A stretch of 32,000 nt of DNA from Candidatus Saccharimonadota bacterium (GCA_045690015.1 CP145877.1:30001-62000); one strand, 5' to 3'. Positions 10,105 to 19,911 are shown, numbered from the stretch's first letter. Numbers and translations are program-made. The notes: generated by a model not told the origin, from the sequence alone.

Positions 10105-10192
10105 ACACGGTATGGTGTATATTTTTTAATAAAGTTATATATAAGAGTGATTACTAAAATTTACTAAAAAAATTAAGGCGATTTTTTTTATT

Positions 10193-11041
10193 ATGAGTAC
10201 CTATTTAATAGGTGATATTCACGGATGTTACAAGGAATTATGTACTTTGTTGGATCGAGTGAATTTTGATCCTGAAAAAGATACACTTTGGCTAACGGGG
10301 GATCTAGTGGCACGGGGACCTGATTCACTAAATGTACTCCGTTATGTTAGATCTTTGGGAAAAGCCGTACGTTTAGTTTTAGGTAATCATGATCTAAATC
10401 TGATTACATCATCTAATAGTTATTATAATAAAACACCCAACACCAACAATTTTGAAGCAATTCTTCAAGCTTCAGATGCGCACGATCTTATTTATTGGTT
10501 GCGTCACCAACCATTATTGCAAATTGATGAAGAAAAACAATTGGTTATGTCGCATGCTGGGATTTACCCACAATGGGATCTTGAGACTGCTAAAAGATGT
10601 GCAGGAGAAGTAGAAGCAATGCTTGCAAGCGATAATTATGTTAATTTTCTTCATGGTATGTATGGGACTATGCCCAATACTTGGAGTACTGAATTAAAAG
10701 GTATTGCGCGATTACGTTTTATTACAAATGTTTTCACACGTATGCGTTATTGTCTTCCTCAAGGTCAACTAGATATGATATGTAAAGATCCACCCTCTTC
10801 CGCACCCGCACCATTACAACCATGGTTTTCTATTCCTAACCGTTTTTTATCCTCATCTGACTGTGATTATACTATAATTTTTGGACATTGGGCTTCATTG
10901 AATGGTCAAGGAACTCCTAAGAGGATTATTGGTTTAGATACTGGTTGTTGTTGGGGAGGATCACTAACCATGTTATGCTGGGAAAAGCAAAAATGGCTTG
11001 TTCAACCATGTTATGATAAAAAATACATATTAGATTTATAA
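10193..11041 (+). CDS. apaH: Bis(5'-nucleosyl)-tetraphosphatase (symmetrical) ApaH
   Basis: 282 aa, colinear with E. coli ApaH (280 aa). Matching segments: [88 protein letters not shown]. Confidence 0.96.
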   Translation: MSTYLIGDIHGCYKELCTLLDRVNFDPEKDTLWLTGDLVARGPDSLNVLRYVRSLGKAVRLVLGNHDLNLITSSNSYYNKTPNTNNFEAILQASDAHDLIYWLRHQPLLQIDEEKQLVMSHAGIYPQWDLETAKRCAGEVEAMLASDNYVNFLHGMYGTMPNTWSTELKGIARLRFITNVFTRMRYCLPQGQLDMICKDPPSSAPAPLQPWFSIPNRFLSSSDCDYTIIFGHWASLNGQGTPKRIIGLDTGCCWGGSLTMLCWEKQKWLVQPCYDKKYILDL

Positions 11042-12445
11042 TTTATCTTCTATATCTCTCTTCCCGGGTTCTGGGTATGTCGGTTCAGCATAATTATCAA
11101 ACCGTGACCATTTACTATTAAAGATCAATTTTATAGATCCTATAGGACCATTGCGTTGTTTTCCTAGAATAATTTCAGCTATTCCTTTAGTATCATCATT
11201 ATCAGAATATACTTCGTCTCTATAAATGAACATAACTACATCTGCATCTTGTTCAATAGATCCAGATTCACGTAAATCAGAATTTACAGGACGTTTATTA
11301 GTTCTTTGTTCTAATAAACGATTGAGTTGAGATAATGCAATAACTGGTACTTGTAATTCCTTGGCTAAGGATTTCAAAGACCGAGAAATTTCGGAAATTT
11401 CAAGAGTACGATTATTAGAAAGAGCAGGTACTCGCATAAGCTGTAAATAATCTATCATTATAAGGCTTAATCCATTATGTTCCCTGAAGATACGTCTGCT
11501 TCGTGATCGAATCTCTGTTGGAGTGAGACTCGATGAATCATCTATATACATATTAGGTTTATCTAAAAAAATTTTTATTGTGCTAGAAATACGTCCCCAG
11601 TCTTTATCATCCAGTTGTCCAGTACGAATTTTTGTATGATCTACACGTGATAAAGATGCTAAGATCCGCATCATAATTTGTTCAGCTGGCATTTCAAGAC
11701 TAAAAATTAGCACGGGTTTATTTTGAGTCAACGCCGCATTTTCACATAGATTTATAGCAAAAGTGCTCTTTCCCATGGATGGTCGTGCTGCAATAATTAT
11801 TAAATCGGATTTTTGTAATCCTGAAGTTTTTTTATCAAGATCATAATATCCAGTAGAAATTCCTGTAACATCAGAATGTGGTTTTTGATATAGAGATTCT
11901 ATCCTAGAAATAGTATATTCTATAATTTTATCAATACTTTTAGGTCCATTATTTTTAGCACGTTTAGTTGCAATCTGAAAAATACGCGATTCTGCCATAT
12001 CCAAGAGATCGTCACTATTGAGTCCTGATAGATCATAACAAGCATCATTAATTTCATTAGTAACAGAAATCATCTCACGTACTATAGCACGTTCACGTAC
12101 AATTTCCGCATACGCGTTAATATTTGCCGCACTTGGAGTGTTTTTAGAAAGCTCTGCTAGATAAGCAAACCCTCCTACTTTTTCTAGTTTTCCTTGTTGA
12201 TCTAAGGATTCTGAAAGAGTAATTAAATCAATGGGTTTACCCCGTTCCATAAGACGTTGCATATTATTAAAAATAAGACGATGAGGATGAGTAAAAAAAT
12301 CATTAGCTACTAATTTATCAATTACATTGTCCCAACGCTCATTGTCCAACATTAAGCCTCCTAATACAGATTGCTCTGCTTCTAAAGAATGTGGTAGTCG
12401 CTTAATGTATCGATCATTTGATTTTATGAATTTATTGGCGTCCAT
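11036..12445 (-). CDS. dnaB: Replicative DNA helicase DnaB
   Basis: 469 aa, colinear with E. coli DnaB (471 aa). Matching segments: [41 protein letters not shown], Walker [57 protein letters not shown]. It has a short C-terminal extension that runs into apaH. Confidence 0.97.
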   Translation of the reverse strand: MDANKFIKSNDRYIKRLPHSLEAEQSVLGGLMLDNERWDNVIDKLVANDFFTHPHRLIFNNMQRLMERGKPIDLITLSESLDQQGKLEKVGGFAYLAELSKNTPSAANINAYAEIVRERAIVREMISVTNEINDACYDLSGLNSDDLLDMAESRIFQIATKRAKNNGPKSIDKIIEYTISRIESLYQKPHSDVTGISTGYYDLDKKTSGLQKSDLIIIAARPSMGKSTFAINLCENAALTQNKPVLIFSLEMPAEQIMMRILASLSRVDHTKIRTGQLDDKDWGRISSTIKIFLDKPNMYIDDSSSLTPTEIRSRSRRIFREHNGLSLIMIDYLQLMRVPALSNNRTLEISEISRSLKSLAKELQVPVIALSQLNRLLEQRTNKRPVNSDLRESGSIEQDADVVMFIYRDEVYSDNDDTKGIAEIILGKQRNGPIGSIKLIFNSKWSRFDNYAEPTYPEPGKRDIEDKL

Positions 12446-12814
12446 AATTTTTATACCAAAAAATTTCTAGTGTTTTTATCTCAACGATTTAGTTAATGCT
12501 GATCTAATTATTATACATTGATCATAATGATAAAAATACTAAGTAAGGATAGGATTAAGGTTTAATTTAAACTAAATATAAGCGTCTTATTAAGAGGGAA
12601 TGCTTAACCTAAAAATCATAGATATATTGATATTCTATGATTATAATGAATTATCTTGGTACTATTTACTTATCAATGTTGTACGGATTTTTTTTTATTA
12701 GAATTTCTCATAAAAATGAAATGAATTTATTAATATAAGTATATACAATTACAATTCATAGAGTGTTTTAATTTGGATTATGTGATGTGATGATAATTTA
12801 TAGGAGAAATGAAT

Positions 12815-13309
12815 ATGGCCAATAGAGGAATAAATAAAGTGATTCTTATTGGAAATTTAGGTCAGAACCCAGAAGTTCGTTATATGACAAATGGTGGAGC
12901 AGTAACTAATTTTACTTTAGCTACATCAGAAATATGGCGTGACAAAAAAAGTGGAGAGAATAAAGAGAAGACAGAATGGCATCGGGTGGTTTTATTTGGA
13001 AAATTAGCTGAAATTGCTGGAGAGCTCTTGCATAAAGGATCTCAAGTATATATAGAAGGATCATTACAAACACGTAAATGGCAAGATCATAATGGACAAG
13101 AACGATATATAACTGAAATTATAGTAGGTATCAATGGTACCATGCAGATAATAGGTAATCGTCATGGTAAAAATTCAACAGGAGCAATAAATCCAAAGAA
13201 TAATTGGACATCGGACCTACCTTCAGATCAGAAAAATCAAGTGAATAAAAACCCAATATCATCTGATAAGGATTCACCAATAGATTTTGATGATGAGATT
13301 CCTTTTTAA
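12815..13309 (+). CDS. ssb: Single-stranded DNA-binding protein SSB
   Basis: [39 protein letters not shown]...[16 protein letters not shown]...GSQVYIEG matches E. coli SSB ([30 protein letters not shown]...). The C-terminal acidic tip DFDDEIPF is conserved. The start is moved to the second ATG (12815): the AGGAG at 12802-12806 is 8 nt upstream of it but only 2 nt from the track start at 12809. Confidence 0.95.
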   Translation: MANRGINKVILIGNLGQNPEVRYMTNGGAVTNFTLATSEIWRDKKSGENKEKTEWHRVVLFGKLAEIAGELLHKGSQVYIEGSLQTRKWQDHNGQERYITEIIVGINGTMQIIGNRHGKNSTGAINPKNNWTSDLPSDQKNQVNKNPISSDKDSPIDFDDEIPF

Positions 13310-13509
13310 GTAATTTTATTATCTTACTAGATTAATCTTTTTTAAAAATTCATTGTTTAAGGTCGTTACTTATGCTAATACCCAAGCAAGATCAATACCT
13401 GTGATTTTCATTTTTTTAATATTGGCAATTGGCACCAATTCTAATTTAACACTTTATTCTTTTTCCAAATCTGAGATAAGACACTCAGTCTGGTCAACAG
13501 AAAAAAAAC

Positions 13510-15162
13510 ATGGACATATTTTTAAATATCCTTATTTTGATGATCTTAGTATCTTTATCAGGAATTGCTAAACGTGTTATCCCATATCAACTGCCTTTGC
13601 CATTATTACAAATTGCTATGGGAACTATCATAGCATGGCCCAAGTTCGGTTTGCATATTAATTTTAATTCCGAACTATTTATGGTTTTGTTTATACCTCC
13701 TTTATTGTTTGTAGATGGATGGAAAACCCCTCCGAGCGAATTTATTAAACATAGACGAGAGATTGTAGGATTAGCATTAGCTTTAGTATTATTAACAGTA
13801 GTAGGAATTGGTTATCTAATCTATTGGATAGTTCCAGGAATTCAATTATTACCGGCTTTTTGTTTAGCAGCAGTATTATCACCAACCGATGCGGTTGCTT
13901 TATCCGGAATAATTGGTGAAGGAAGAATACCTAAAAAAATTATGGCTATATTACAAGGTGAAGCATTAATGAATGATGCTTCAGGTTTAGTTGCTTTGAA
14001 GTTAGCAGTAGCTGTTTGTCTAGGAGAAATGACATTTACTTTTTATGGAGCCATAATTGAGTTTATAAAAATCTTTATTGGTGGAGTAACAGCTGGAATT
14101 ATTATAACTTTATTATATGGAAATGCGTTACGTTCTATGAGCAGATGGACTGAAGAAGATCCTGTAACTGAAATTATTTTCTTATTATTATTGCCTTTTG
14201 CATGCTCTTTAATAGCCGATTGTATTGAGCTCTCAGGAATATTAGCAGCAGTAGCCGCCGGAATGACTGTATCTAAATCGGGTATTCTACATCATGCTCC
14301 ATTATCTATGCGTTTACGAGCTAATAGTGTTTGGTCAATGCTCGAATTTCTTTTTAATGGCATGGTTTTTATTTTACTTGGATTACAATTACCAAAAATA
14401 ATAAGACATGCATTTTACCTAGTAGATATACATACACATACATCTATGAAATTATGCTTATTATTTTTCGATATAGTATTTATTTATCTAGCATTATTAG
14501 TGCTTCGATTTAGTTGGTTATTTATCATGCGATATATAAGTTGTAAGTTCATTAAAAAACATCCACTAGAATTTAGTAGATATAATTTACGCGAATTGCT
14601 TACGGCATCTTTTGCTGGCGTTCGAGGAGCCATTACTCTTGCTGGCGTTTTATCAGTACCACATTTTATAAATTTTAAGAAAGAATTTCCTGCGCGTTAT
14701 GAACTAATTTTGTTATCTACAGGTGTGATTCTATTTTCATTGTTTATAGCAATGATAGTATTACCATTTTTATTACGAGGAGTTTCAACAATTGATACCT
14801 TTGTACTAAAAAATGAAATACAAAATGCACGTTCTATTATGGCTCAAGTAGCCATTGAAAGTTTATATAAAATGGAAGATAGATTAGTTCGTGATACTAC
14901 CGAGAATATTGATTCGGAATTAATAAAGGAAGTAACTTCTCGCGTAGTCGGGAGTTTGCGAAGACGTTTAGATACCGAAAACAATCTTGATCAGATTTTA
15001 TTTATAGATAATTTAGAAAGACGTTTTCGGCTAACTGGTTTACGTGCGGAACGTGGAGAAGTATATCATTTACGTGCTACTCAAAAAATTAGCGACGAAA
15101 CTATGCATAAACTATTATACGAATTAGATTTAATAGAAGCATTATTAATAGAAAACCAGTAA
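13510..15162 (+). CDS. yjcE: CPA1-family Na+(K+)/H+ exchanger, YjcE-like
   Basis: 550 aa multi-pass membrane protein, colinear with E. coli YjcE as I remember it. Matching segments: MDIFLNILILMILVSLSG... (E. coli MEIFFTILIMTLVVSLSG), LFIPPLLFVDGWKTP, AAVLSPTDAVALSGIIGEGRIPKKIMAILQGEALMNDASGLV, FNGMVFILLGLQLP, SFAGVRGAITLAGVLS, and a C-terminal cytoplasmic tail ending LIEALLIENQ. Confidence 0.9.
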   Translation: MDIFLNILILMILVSLSGIAKRVIPYQLPLPLLQIAMGTIIAWPKFGLHINFNSELFMVLFIPPLLFVDGWKTPPSEFIKHRREIVGLALALVLLTVVGIGYLIYWIVPGIQLLPAFCLAAVLSPTDAVALSGIIGEGRIPKKIMAILQGEALMNDASGLVALKLAVAVCLGEMTFTFYGAIIEFIKIFIGGVTAGIIITLLYGNALRSMSRWTEEDPVTEIIFLLLLPFACSLIADCIELSGILAAVAAGMTVSKSGILHHAPLSMRLRANSVWSMLEFLFNGMVFILLGLQLPKIIRHAFYLVDIHTHTSMKLCLLFFDIVFIYLALLVLRFSWLFIMRYISCKFIKKHPLEFSRYNLRELLTASFAGVRGAITLAGVLSVPHFINFKKEFPARYELILLSTGVILFSLFIAMIVLPFLLRGVSTIDTFVLKNEIQNARSIMAQVAIESLYKMEDRLVRDTTENIDSELIKEVTSRVVGSLRRRLDTENNLDQILFIDNLERRFRLTGLRAERGEVYHLRATQKISDETMHKLLYELDLIEALLIENQ

Positions 15163-15195
15163 AAAAAAAAGATTTAATACTATACTGTATTAAAT
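15161..15195 (-). terminator. Weak AT-rich hairpin followed by U10 on the rdgB (minus) transcript; candidate intrinsic terminator in the 27-bp yjcE/rdgB convergent gap
   Basis: ATTTAATAC (15172-15180) pairs perfectly with GTATTAAAT (15187-15195), with a 6-nt loop. On the minus strand the hairpin is followed by C plus T10 (A10 at 15161-15170 on the + strand). The stem has only one G:C pair and overlaps the rdgB stop codon, so function is uncertain. Confidence 0.35.
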
Positions 15196-15774
15196 TAAGT
15201 TGAATAACTGTCTCATAGCTCTGGCACGATGTGAATGAGTGTTCTTATATTCTGGATCTATTTGAGCAACAGTTTGGTAACATCCCCTAGGAATAAACAT
15301 AGGGTCATAACCAAATCCTTCTTCATACTCTACATTATTAACAATAATTTTGCCTTCCCATATAGCTTCGGAAGATTGAGATTGACCTAAATTATATTGA
15401 TATACTAGAACACACCTATATCTAGCTGGTGTACATTGAAGATTATTATCTAATAAAAAATTTTTTAATTTCTTACGATTTTCTTGCTCGGTAGCATTAA
15501 GACCAGCATATCTTGCTGAATAAATTCCAGGAATATTATTAAAATCAATCAGTTCTAATCCTGAATCATCCGATAGAACTGGATATCTATAATAATTATA
15601 CGCAATATTAGCTTTAATAGAAGCATTATCTAAATAATTTTTTCCGGTTTCAGGAATATAACCGATATTTTTAGACATCGGTTCAAATTCAATAAAAAAA
15701 TTATTAGTTTTCGCTATTTGTGTAAATTCTAATATTTTCCATTTATTTAAAGTCGCTAAAATAATTTTTTGCAT
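15190..15774 (-). CDS. rdgB: Non-canonical purine NTP pyrophosphatase (dITP/XTPase) RdgB
   Basis: 194 aa, colinear with E. coli RdgB (197 aa). Matching segments: MQKIILAT.N..K, PETG, SDDSGLE, IPGIYSARYAG, ARYRCVLVY, GFGYDPMFIP, HSHRARA. Confidence 0.9.
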   Translation of the reverse strand: MQKIILATLNKWKILEFTQIAKTNNFFIEFEPMSKNIGYIPETGKNYLDNASIKANIAYNYYRYPVLSDDSGLELIDFNNIPGIYSARYAGLNATEQENRKKLKNFLLDNNLQCTPARYRCVLVYQYNLGQSQSSEAIWEGKIIVNNVEYEEGFGYDPMFIPRGCYQTVAQIDPEYKNTHSHRARAMRQLFNLI

Positions 15775-15807
15775 TTAATATAAATAAAGTACTTTTACCC
15801 AATAATA

Positions 15808-16863
15808 CTAATAATGTTCATTATAAAGAACAAACCAGTCAAGATTTTTTCCCGCTAAAAAGGGAATTAAGTAGTCCGAACCAACCGCTATTTTCTTAGG
15901 AACTATCCATGATTTGCGTATTAATTTAATTCGTTCCTTATTGAGAGGTAAACCATAATAACGTGGACCATTTTCAGAACAAAAAGATTCTAAATATTGT
16001 AAAGAATTCATTTCTTCAAATACTGTAGTATAAGCAGCCATAGCACTAGGAGCATTAAATATCCCTGCACAACCACATTGATTTTCTTTATCTTTACTTA
16101 AGTGAGGAGCGGTATCTGTACCAATAAAAAAGCGTGTACAACCAGTCGTAATAGCTTTACGAAGTGCTTCCTGGTGAATGGATCTTTTTAAGATAGGTAA
16201 ACAATATAGATGTGGATGTAGTCCCTCCATGAACATATGATTGCGGTTGAACATTAAATGTTGTGGTGTTATAGTAGCTGCTATATAATTATCACCTTCT
16301 AGAATATATTGCACAGCCTCTTTAGTAGAAATATGTTCAAATACTATTTTTAAGTTTGGAAAATTTTTATGTAAAGGATCTAGTACTTGCTCTATAAAAC
16401 GCGCTTCTCGGTCAAAGATATCAATATTTTTATCTGAAACTTCACCATGTATTAACAAAGGCATTCCTATTCTTTGAAGATTTTCTAGAAGAGGTGTTAT
16501 TTTATGGATATTTTTAATACCATACATGCTATTTATAGTCGTATGTGCAAAATAAAGTTTAGCTGCAAGAAAAATTTCTTGAAGAAAACCCCGAGTTATT
16601 TCCTCTAGATCGAAATCATCAGTAATGTAATAAGTCATTAAAGGTTTAAAACTATGATAACTAGGTATAGCAGCTAGAATACGATTTCGGTAAAAAATAG
16701 CACTTTCTATGCTTTTTAACGGTGGAAAAATATTAGGCATAATCATAGCACGAGCAAAAACACTACTGGTAAAAGGAAGCACACTACGTAATAAATCATT
16801 ATCTCGTAAATGAGTATGCCAGTCATCAGGACGGCGAATAATCAATTCATTGATTTTGTTCAT
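15808..16863 (-). CDS. pyrC: Dihydroorotase PyrC (class II)
   Basis: 351 aa, colinear with E. coli PyrC (348 aa). Matching segments: IRRPDDWHTHLRD, AAKLYF (carboxylated Lys), PLLIHGEV, DIFDREARFIE, FEHISTK, ATITPQHLMFNRN, HLYCLPILKR, GTDTAPH, CGCAGIFNAP. Confidence 0.96.
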   Translation of the reverse strand: MNKINELIIRRPDDWHTHLRDNDLLRSVLPFTSSVFARAMIMPNIFPPLKSIESAIFYRNRILAAIPSYHSFKPLMTYYITDDFDLEEITRGFLQEIFLAAKLYFAHTTINSMYGIKNIHKITPLLENLQRIGMPLLIHGEVSDKNIDIFDREARFIEQVLDPLHKNFPNLKIVFEHISTKEAVQYILEGDNYIAATITPQHLMFNRNHMFMEGLHPHLYCLPILKRSIHQEALRKAITTGCTRFFIGTDTAPHLSKDKENQCGCAGIFNAPSAMAAYTTVFEEMNSLQYLESFCSENGPRYYGLPLNKERIKLIRKSWIVPKKIAVGSDYLIPFLAGKNLDWFVLYNEHY

Positions 16864-17036
16864 TATTTAATTCACAGTTAGTGTGATTAATTTATTATTA
16901 ATAATAATTTTTTATTATACATAATAACATCTGACTTGTAACTTTTCTACTACGTTATAGACTTTGTTATATACATTAAGATAATCGTTAAGATTAAATT
17001 GATTTTGGTTGAAATATTCAAGCGAATAACAAATTA

Positions 17037-17057
17037 ATAGCTTTTTAATAAAGCTAT
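17037..17057 (+). promoter_or_regulatory. Stem-loop in the putative ompA 5' leader (8-bp stem ATAGCTTT/AAAGCTAT, 5-nt loop)
   Basis: A perfect inverted repeat atagcttt-ttaat-aaagctat lies 44 nt upstream of the ompA ATG and 31 nt upstream of its GAGGTG SD. E. coli ompA is known to carry a structured, stabilising 5' UTR. The transcription start here is unknown, so assigning this to the leader is inference. Confidence 0.3.
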
Positions 17058-17100
17058 ACAATCGCCTATTTACATGATAACAAGGCTGAGGTGTAAAAAT

Positions 17101-18189
17101 ATGAGGAATGCAAAAACAGCTATTACAACAACAATCGTAATGGCACTGGTTATGGGATTCGCTAGTACTATAGTACTAGCTGCTCATCAAGAAAATTCTT
17201 GGTATGCTGGTACTAAAGTTGGCTGGTCTCAGTATCACGATCATGGTTATAATGGAAATGGTTATATAACTAACGATGGAACAACTGATGAAAATCAGTT
17301 AGCTACCAGTGCAATTTTGGGTTATCAGATTAATCCATGTTTAGGATTAGAATTTGGTTATGATTGGTTAGGTAGTATGAAAAAAAATGGAATTGCAATT
17401 AATGGAGCATTTAAAGCATATGGCGTGCAAATGAGTACTAAAATAAGCTATCCAATCACTAAAAAATTTGATATATATACCCGTTTAGGTGGCATGGTTT
17501 GGAAAGTAGACTCAAATCAACAAAATCCCGTTTGGGGTCATATTAGTGACCACAAAACAGGTATTTCACCTTTAGGTGCCGTAGGAATTGAATATGCTTT
17601 ATCTAAAAAAGTCACCACACGTTTAGATTATCAATGGCTTAATAAAATTGGAGAAAATAAGTCGGTTGGTATAAATACTGACAATAGTATGTTCGGAATA
17701 GGTATTACTTATCGTTTAAATCATAATGATAATGATACTATCTTACCACTCCCAGCTCCCAAACCATTGATAGAAACTAAACATTTTACTTTAAAGTCGG
17801 ACGTTTTGTTTGATTTTGATAATGCCATCTTAAAGTCTGAAGGAAAATATGAATTAAATAAATTGTATTCTAAAATAAAATTTATGGATCCAACGGATAG
17901 TACCACTATAGTTATAGGTTATACAGATCACATTGGATCACAAGATTACAATCAAAGATTATCTGAAAAACGTGCTCAAGTTGTCGCTGATTATCTAATG
18001 TCTAAGGGAATATCAGCAAATAAACTTTTGGTATATGGTAGAGGAGAGATGGATTCCATTACAGGTCATAGTTGTAATAATGTGAAAGACCGTGATGCTT
18101 TAATTCGATGTTTATCACCCGACCGACGTGTAGAGATTGAGATTAAAGGAATTCAAGAAGTAATTACAACAACTCAATCAGATCTTTAA
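17101..18189 (+). CDS. ompA: Outer membrane protein A (8-stranded beta-barrel plus peptidoglycan-binding OmpA-C domain)
   Basis: Colinear with E. coli OmpA. Matching segments: signal peptide MRNAKTAITTTIVMALVMGFASTIVLA, then NSWYAGTKVGWSQYHD, GYDWLG, YTRLGGMVW, a short Pro-rich hinge LPLPAPKP, TKHFTLKSDVLFDFD, GYTDHIGSQDYNQRLSEKRAQVVADYL, CLSPDRRVEIEIKG. The start is moved to the ATG at 17101 (GAGGTG SD 7 nt upstream). The track start at 17074 adds 9 non-homologous residues. Confidence 0.95.
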   Translation: MRNAKTAITTTIVMALVMGFASTIVLAAHQENSWYAGTKVGWSQYHDHGYNGNGYITNDGTTDENQLATSAILGYQINPCLGLEFGYDWLGSMKKNGIAINGAFKAYGVQMSTKISYPITKKFDIYTRLGGMVWKVDSNQQNPVWGHISDHKTGISPLGAVGIEYALSKKVTTRLDYQWLNKIGENKSVGINTDNSMFGIGITYRLNHNDNDTILPLPAPKPLIETKHFTLKSDVLFDFDNAILKSEGKYELNKLYSKIKFMDPTDSTTIVIGYTDHIGSQDYNQRLSEKRAQVVADYLMSKGISANKLLVYGRGEMDSITGHSCNNVKDRDALIRCLSPDRRVEIEIKGIQEVITTTQSDL

Positions 18190-18198
18190 TTATCATAT

Positions 18199-18230
18199 AA
18201 ACCCCCATTTTTTCGGGGGTTTATTTATAA
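18199..18230 (+). terminator. Rho-independent terminator downstream of ompA (possibly bidirectional, shared with convergent guaA)
   Basis: AAACCCCC-attttttc-GGGGGTTT forms a perfect 8-bp stem with five G:C pairs (18199-18222). It is followed by the T-rich atttataaat and starts 10 nt after the ompA stop. It is the only GC-rich hairpin I found in an intergenic region. Confidence 0.7.
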
Positions 18231-18308
18231 ATCGCTTTTTAGTAGTAGAATAGGGATCTTGAGTTTTACAAAGGGGATTATTTTATATTTATATAAACAA
18301 GAAAAAAG

Positions 18309-19883
18309 TTATTCCCACTCAATAGTAGAAGGTGGTTTGCTAGAAATATCATAAACTACACGAGAAATGCCTTTGACTTCATTAATAATACGATTGGCAA
18401 TACGACCAAGTAAATCATAAGGTAAATGTGCCCAATATGCTGTCATAAAATCAATGGTTTTTACAGCACGTAATGAGATTACCCACTCATAGTTACGAAT
18501 ATCACCCATTATACCGACAGAACGAACCGGTATAAAAACTGCAAATGCTTGACTCACTTCATGATAAAATTTCGATTTATATAATTCTTCGATAAAAATC
18601 GCGTCGGCCTGACGCAATAAATCACAATATTCTTTTTTTATTTCTCCTAGAATGCGTACTCCTAGTCCCGGTCCTGGAAAAGGATGACGATATAAGATCT
18701 TATGGGGAATATTTAATGCTAATCCTATTTTACGTACTTCATCTTTAAATAATTCTTTTAAAGGTTCTATTAAACCAAGATTGATTTTTTTTGGTAAACC
18801 ACCCACATTATGATGTGATTTGATCATATGTGCTTCACCTATAGAAGATTCAATTATATCAGGATAAATAGTTCCTTGAGCTAACCATTTTACTTCAGGA
18901 TTTTTTTTAGCTTCATGGTGAAAAATATCGATAAAAAGACGACCAATAGTTTTACGTTTCTGTTCAGGATCGGTTATACCAATTAATGCTGACAAAAATT
19001 TTTTTTCTGCTTGAATATGAATAATATTCAAACCAAAAAAATCTCTAAAAACTTTCATCACTTGGATGGCTTCGTTTAAACGAAGTAATCCATTATCAAT
19101 GAAAATACATGTTAGACGCTTTCCGATAATACGATTTAATAACATTGCAGTTACACATGAATCAACACCTCCAGAAAAACCTAGAATTACATGATCTTTA
19201 GAATTTCCTAGATGAGTGTGTAATTTATTTTCTATATCTTTAAGTATTTCTACTGGAGTCCAATTACCGTCACATCTACAAATGTCATAGATAAATTGTT
19301 TTAAGAGACGTTGTCCTTGTTTACTTTGAGTCACTTCAGGATGAAATTGTACGCCATAAAATTTTCTTTTTTCATCTGCCATAATAGCTATAGGACATAA
19401 TTCGGTAAAACCAATGATAACAAAATTAGAAGGGACTTCTCTTACTTTATCTCCATGACTCATCCATACATCTAATAATGGTATCCCATCCTCATTAAAA
19501 CCATCATTAATATTATGAGATAATAAATTATCAGTAATTACTTTAACTTGTGCATAACCAAATTCTCTTTTCTCAGATTTTTCTACTTTCCCACCTAATT
19601 GCAAAGCCATAGTTTGCATACCGTAACAGATTCCTAGTACTGGACATCCAAAATTCAAAACATAATCCGGAACCTGGGGACTATTGTTGTCTATAGTGCT
19701 ATTTGGTCCTCCTGAAAGAATAATCCCATTAGGATTAAAATTTTGAAGTTGTTTGAGTGTAATTTTCCAAGTCCATAATTCACAGTAAACTCCTAATTCT
19801 CGTACACGACGTGCAATTAATTTCGTATATTGTGAACCAAAATCCATAATCAATATTTTATCTTTATGAATATCTTTTAGCAT
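18309..19883 (-). CDS. guaA: GMP synthase (glutamine-hydrolysing) GuaA
   Basis: 524 aa, colinear with E. coli GuaA (525 aa). Matching segments: [37 protein letters not shown] (catalytic Cys), [10 protein letters not shown]-loop [18 protein letters not shown], ending KPPSTIEWE. Confidence 0.97.
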   Translation of the reverse strand: MLKDIHKDKILIMDFGSQYTKLIARRVRELGVYCELWTWKITLKQLQNFNPNGIILSGGPNSTIDNNSPQVPDYVLNFGCPVLGICYGMQTMALQLGGKVEKSEKREFGYAQVKVITDNLLSHNINDGFNEDGIPLLDVWMSHGDKVREVPSNFVIIGFTELCPIAIMADEKRKFYGVQFHPEVTQSKQGQRLLKQFIYDICRCDGNWTPVEILKDIENKLHTHLGNSKDHVILGFSGGVDSCVTAMLLNRIIGKRLTCIFIDNGLLRLNEAIQVMKVFRDFFGLNIIHIQAEKKFLSALIGITDPEQKRKTIGRLFIDIFHHEAKKNPEVKWLAQGTIYPDIIESSIGEAHMIKSHHNVGGLPKKINLGLIEPLKELFKDEVRKIGLALNIPHKILYRHPFPGPGLGVRILGEIKKEYCDLLRQADAIFIEELYKSKFYHEVSQAFAVFIPVRSVGIMGDIRNYEWVISLRAVKTIDFMTAYWAHLPYDLLGRIANRIINEVKGISRVVYDISSKPPSTIEWE

Positions 19884-19911
19884 AATAGTATTATTATTCC
19901 TATGATTTAAC

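Noticed and set aside
10193-11041. apaH looks visibly more GC-rich than its neighbours, which could suggest horizontal acquisition
   Set aside because: It sits in its ancestral operon position (surA-rsmA-apaH) and is highly similar to enterobacterial ApaH. Stronger purifying selection on a conserved protein explains the composition. I did not compute the GC content.
12446-12808. LexA/SOS operator upstream of ssb, or an oriC-like DnaA-box cluster next to dnaB
   Set aside because: I found no CTG-N10-CAG box and no TTATCCACA-like 9-mers in the region. The only near-matches to DnaA boxes I noticed (around 288-296 and 9536-9544) lie inside coding sequence and are isolated.
13353-13571. 72-aa TTG-initiated ORF with a hydrophobic stretch (IPVIFIFLILAIG) in the ssb-yjcE gap
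   Set aside because: It starts at a TTG with no SD and overlaps the yjcE start by 62 nt in another frame. Its hydrophobicity is what AT-rich (TTT/ATT/TTA) sequence yields by chance. I cannot exclude a small membrane peptide or a remnant of a gene lost between ssb and yjcE, but nothing supports one.
17721-17906. 61-aa ORF on the - strand
   Set aside because: It is antisense inside ompA, so it is a shadow ORF.
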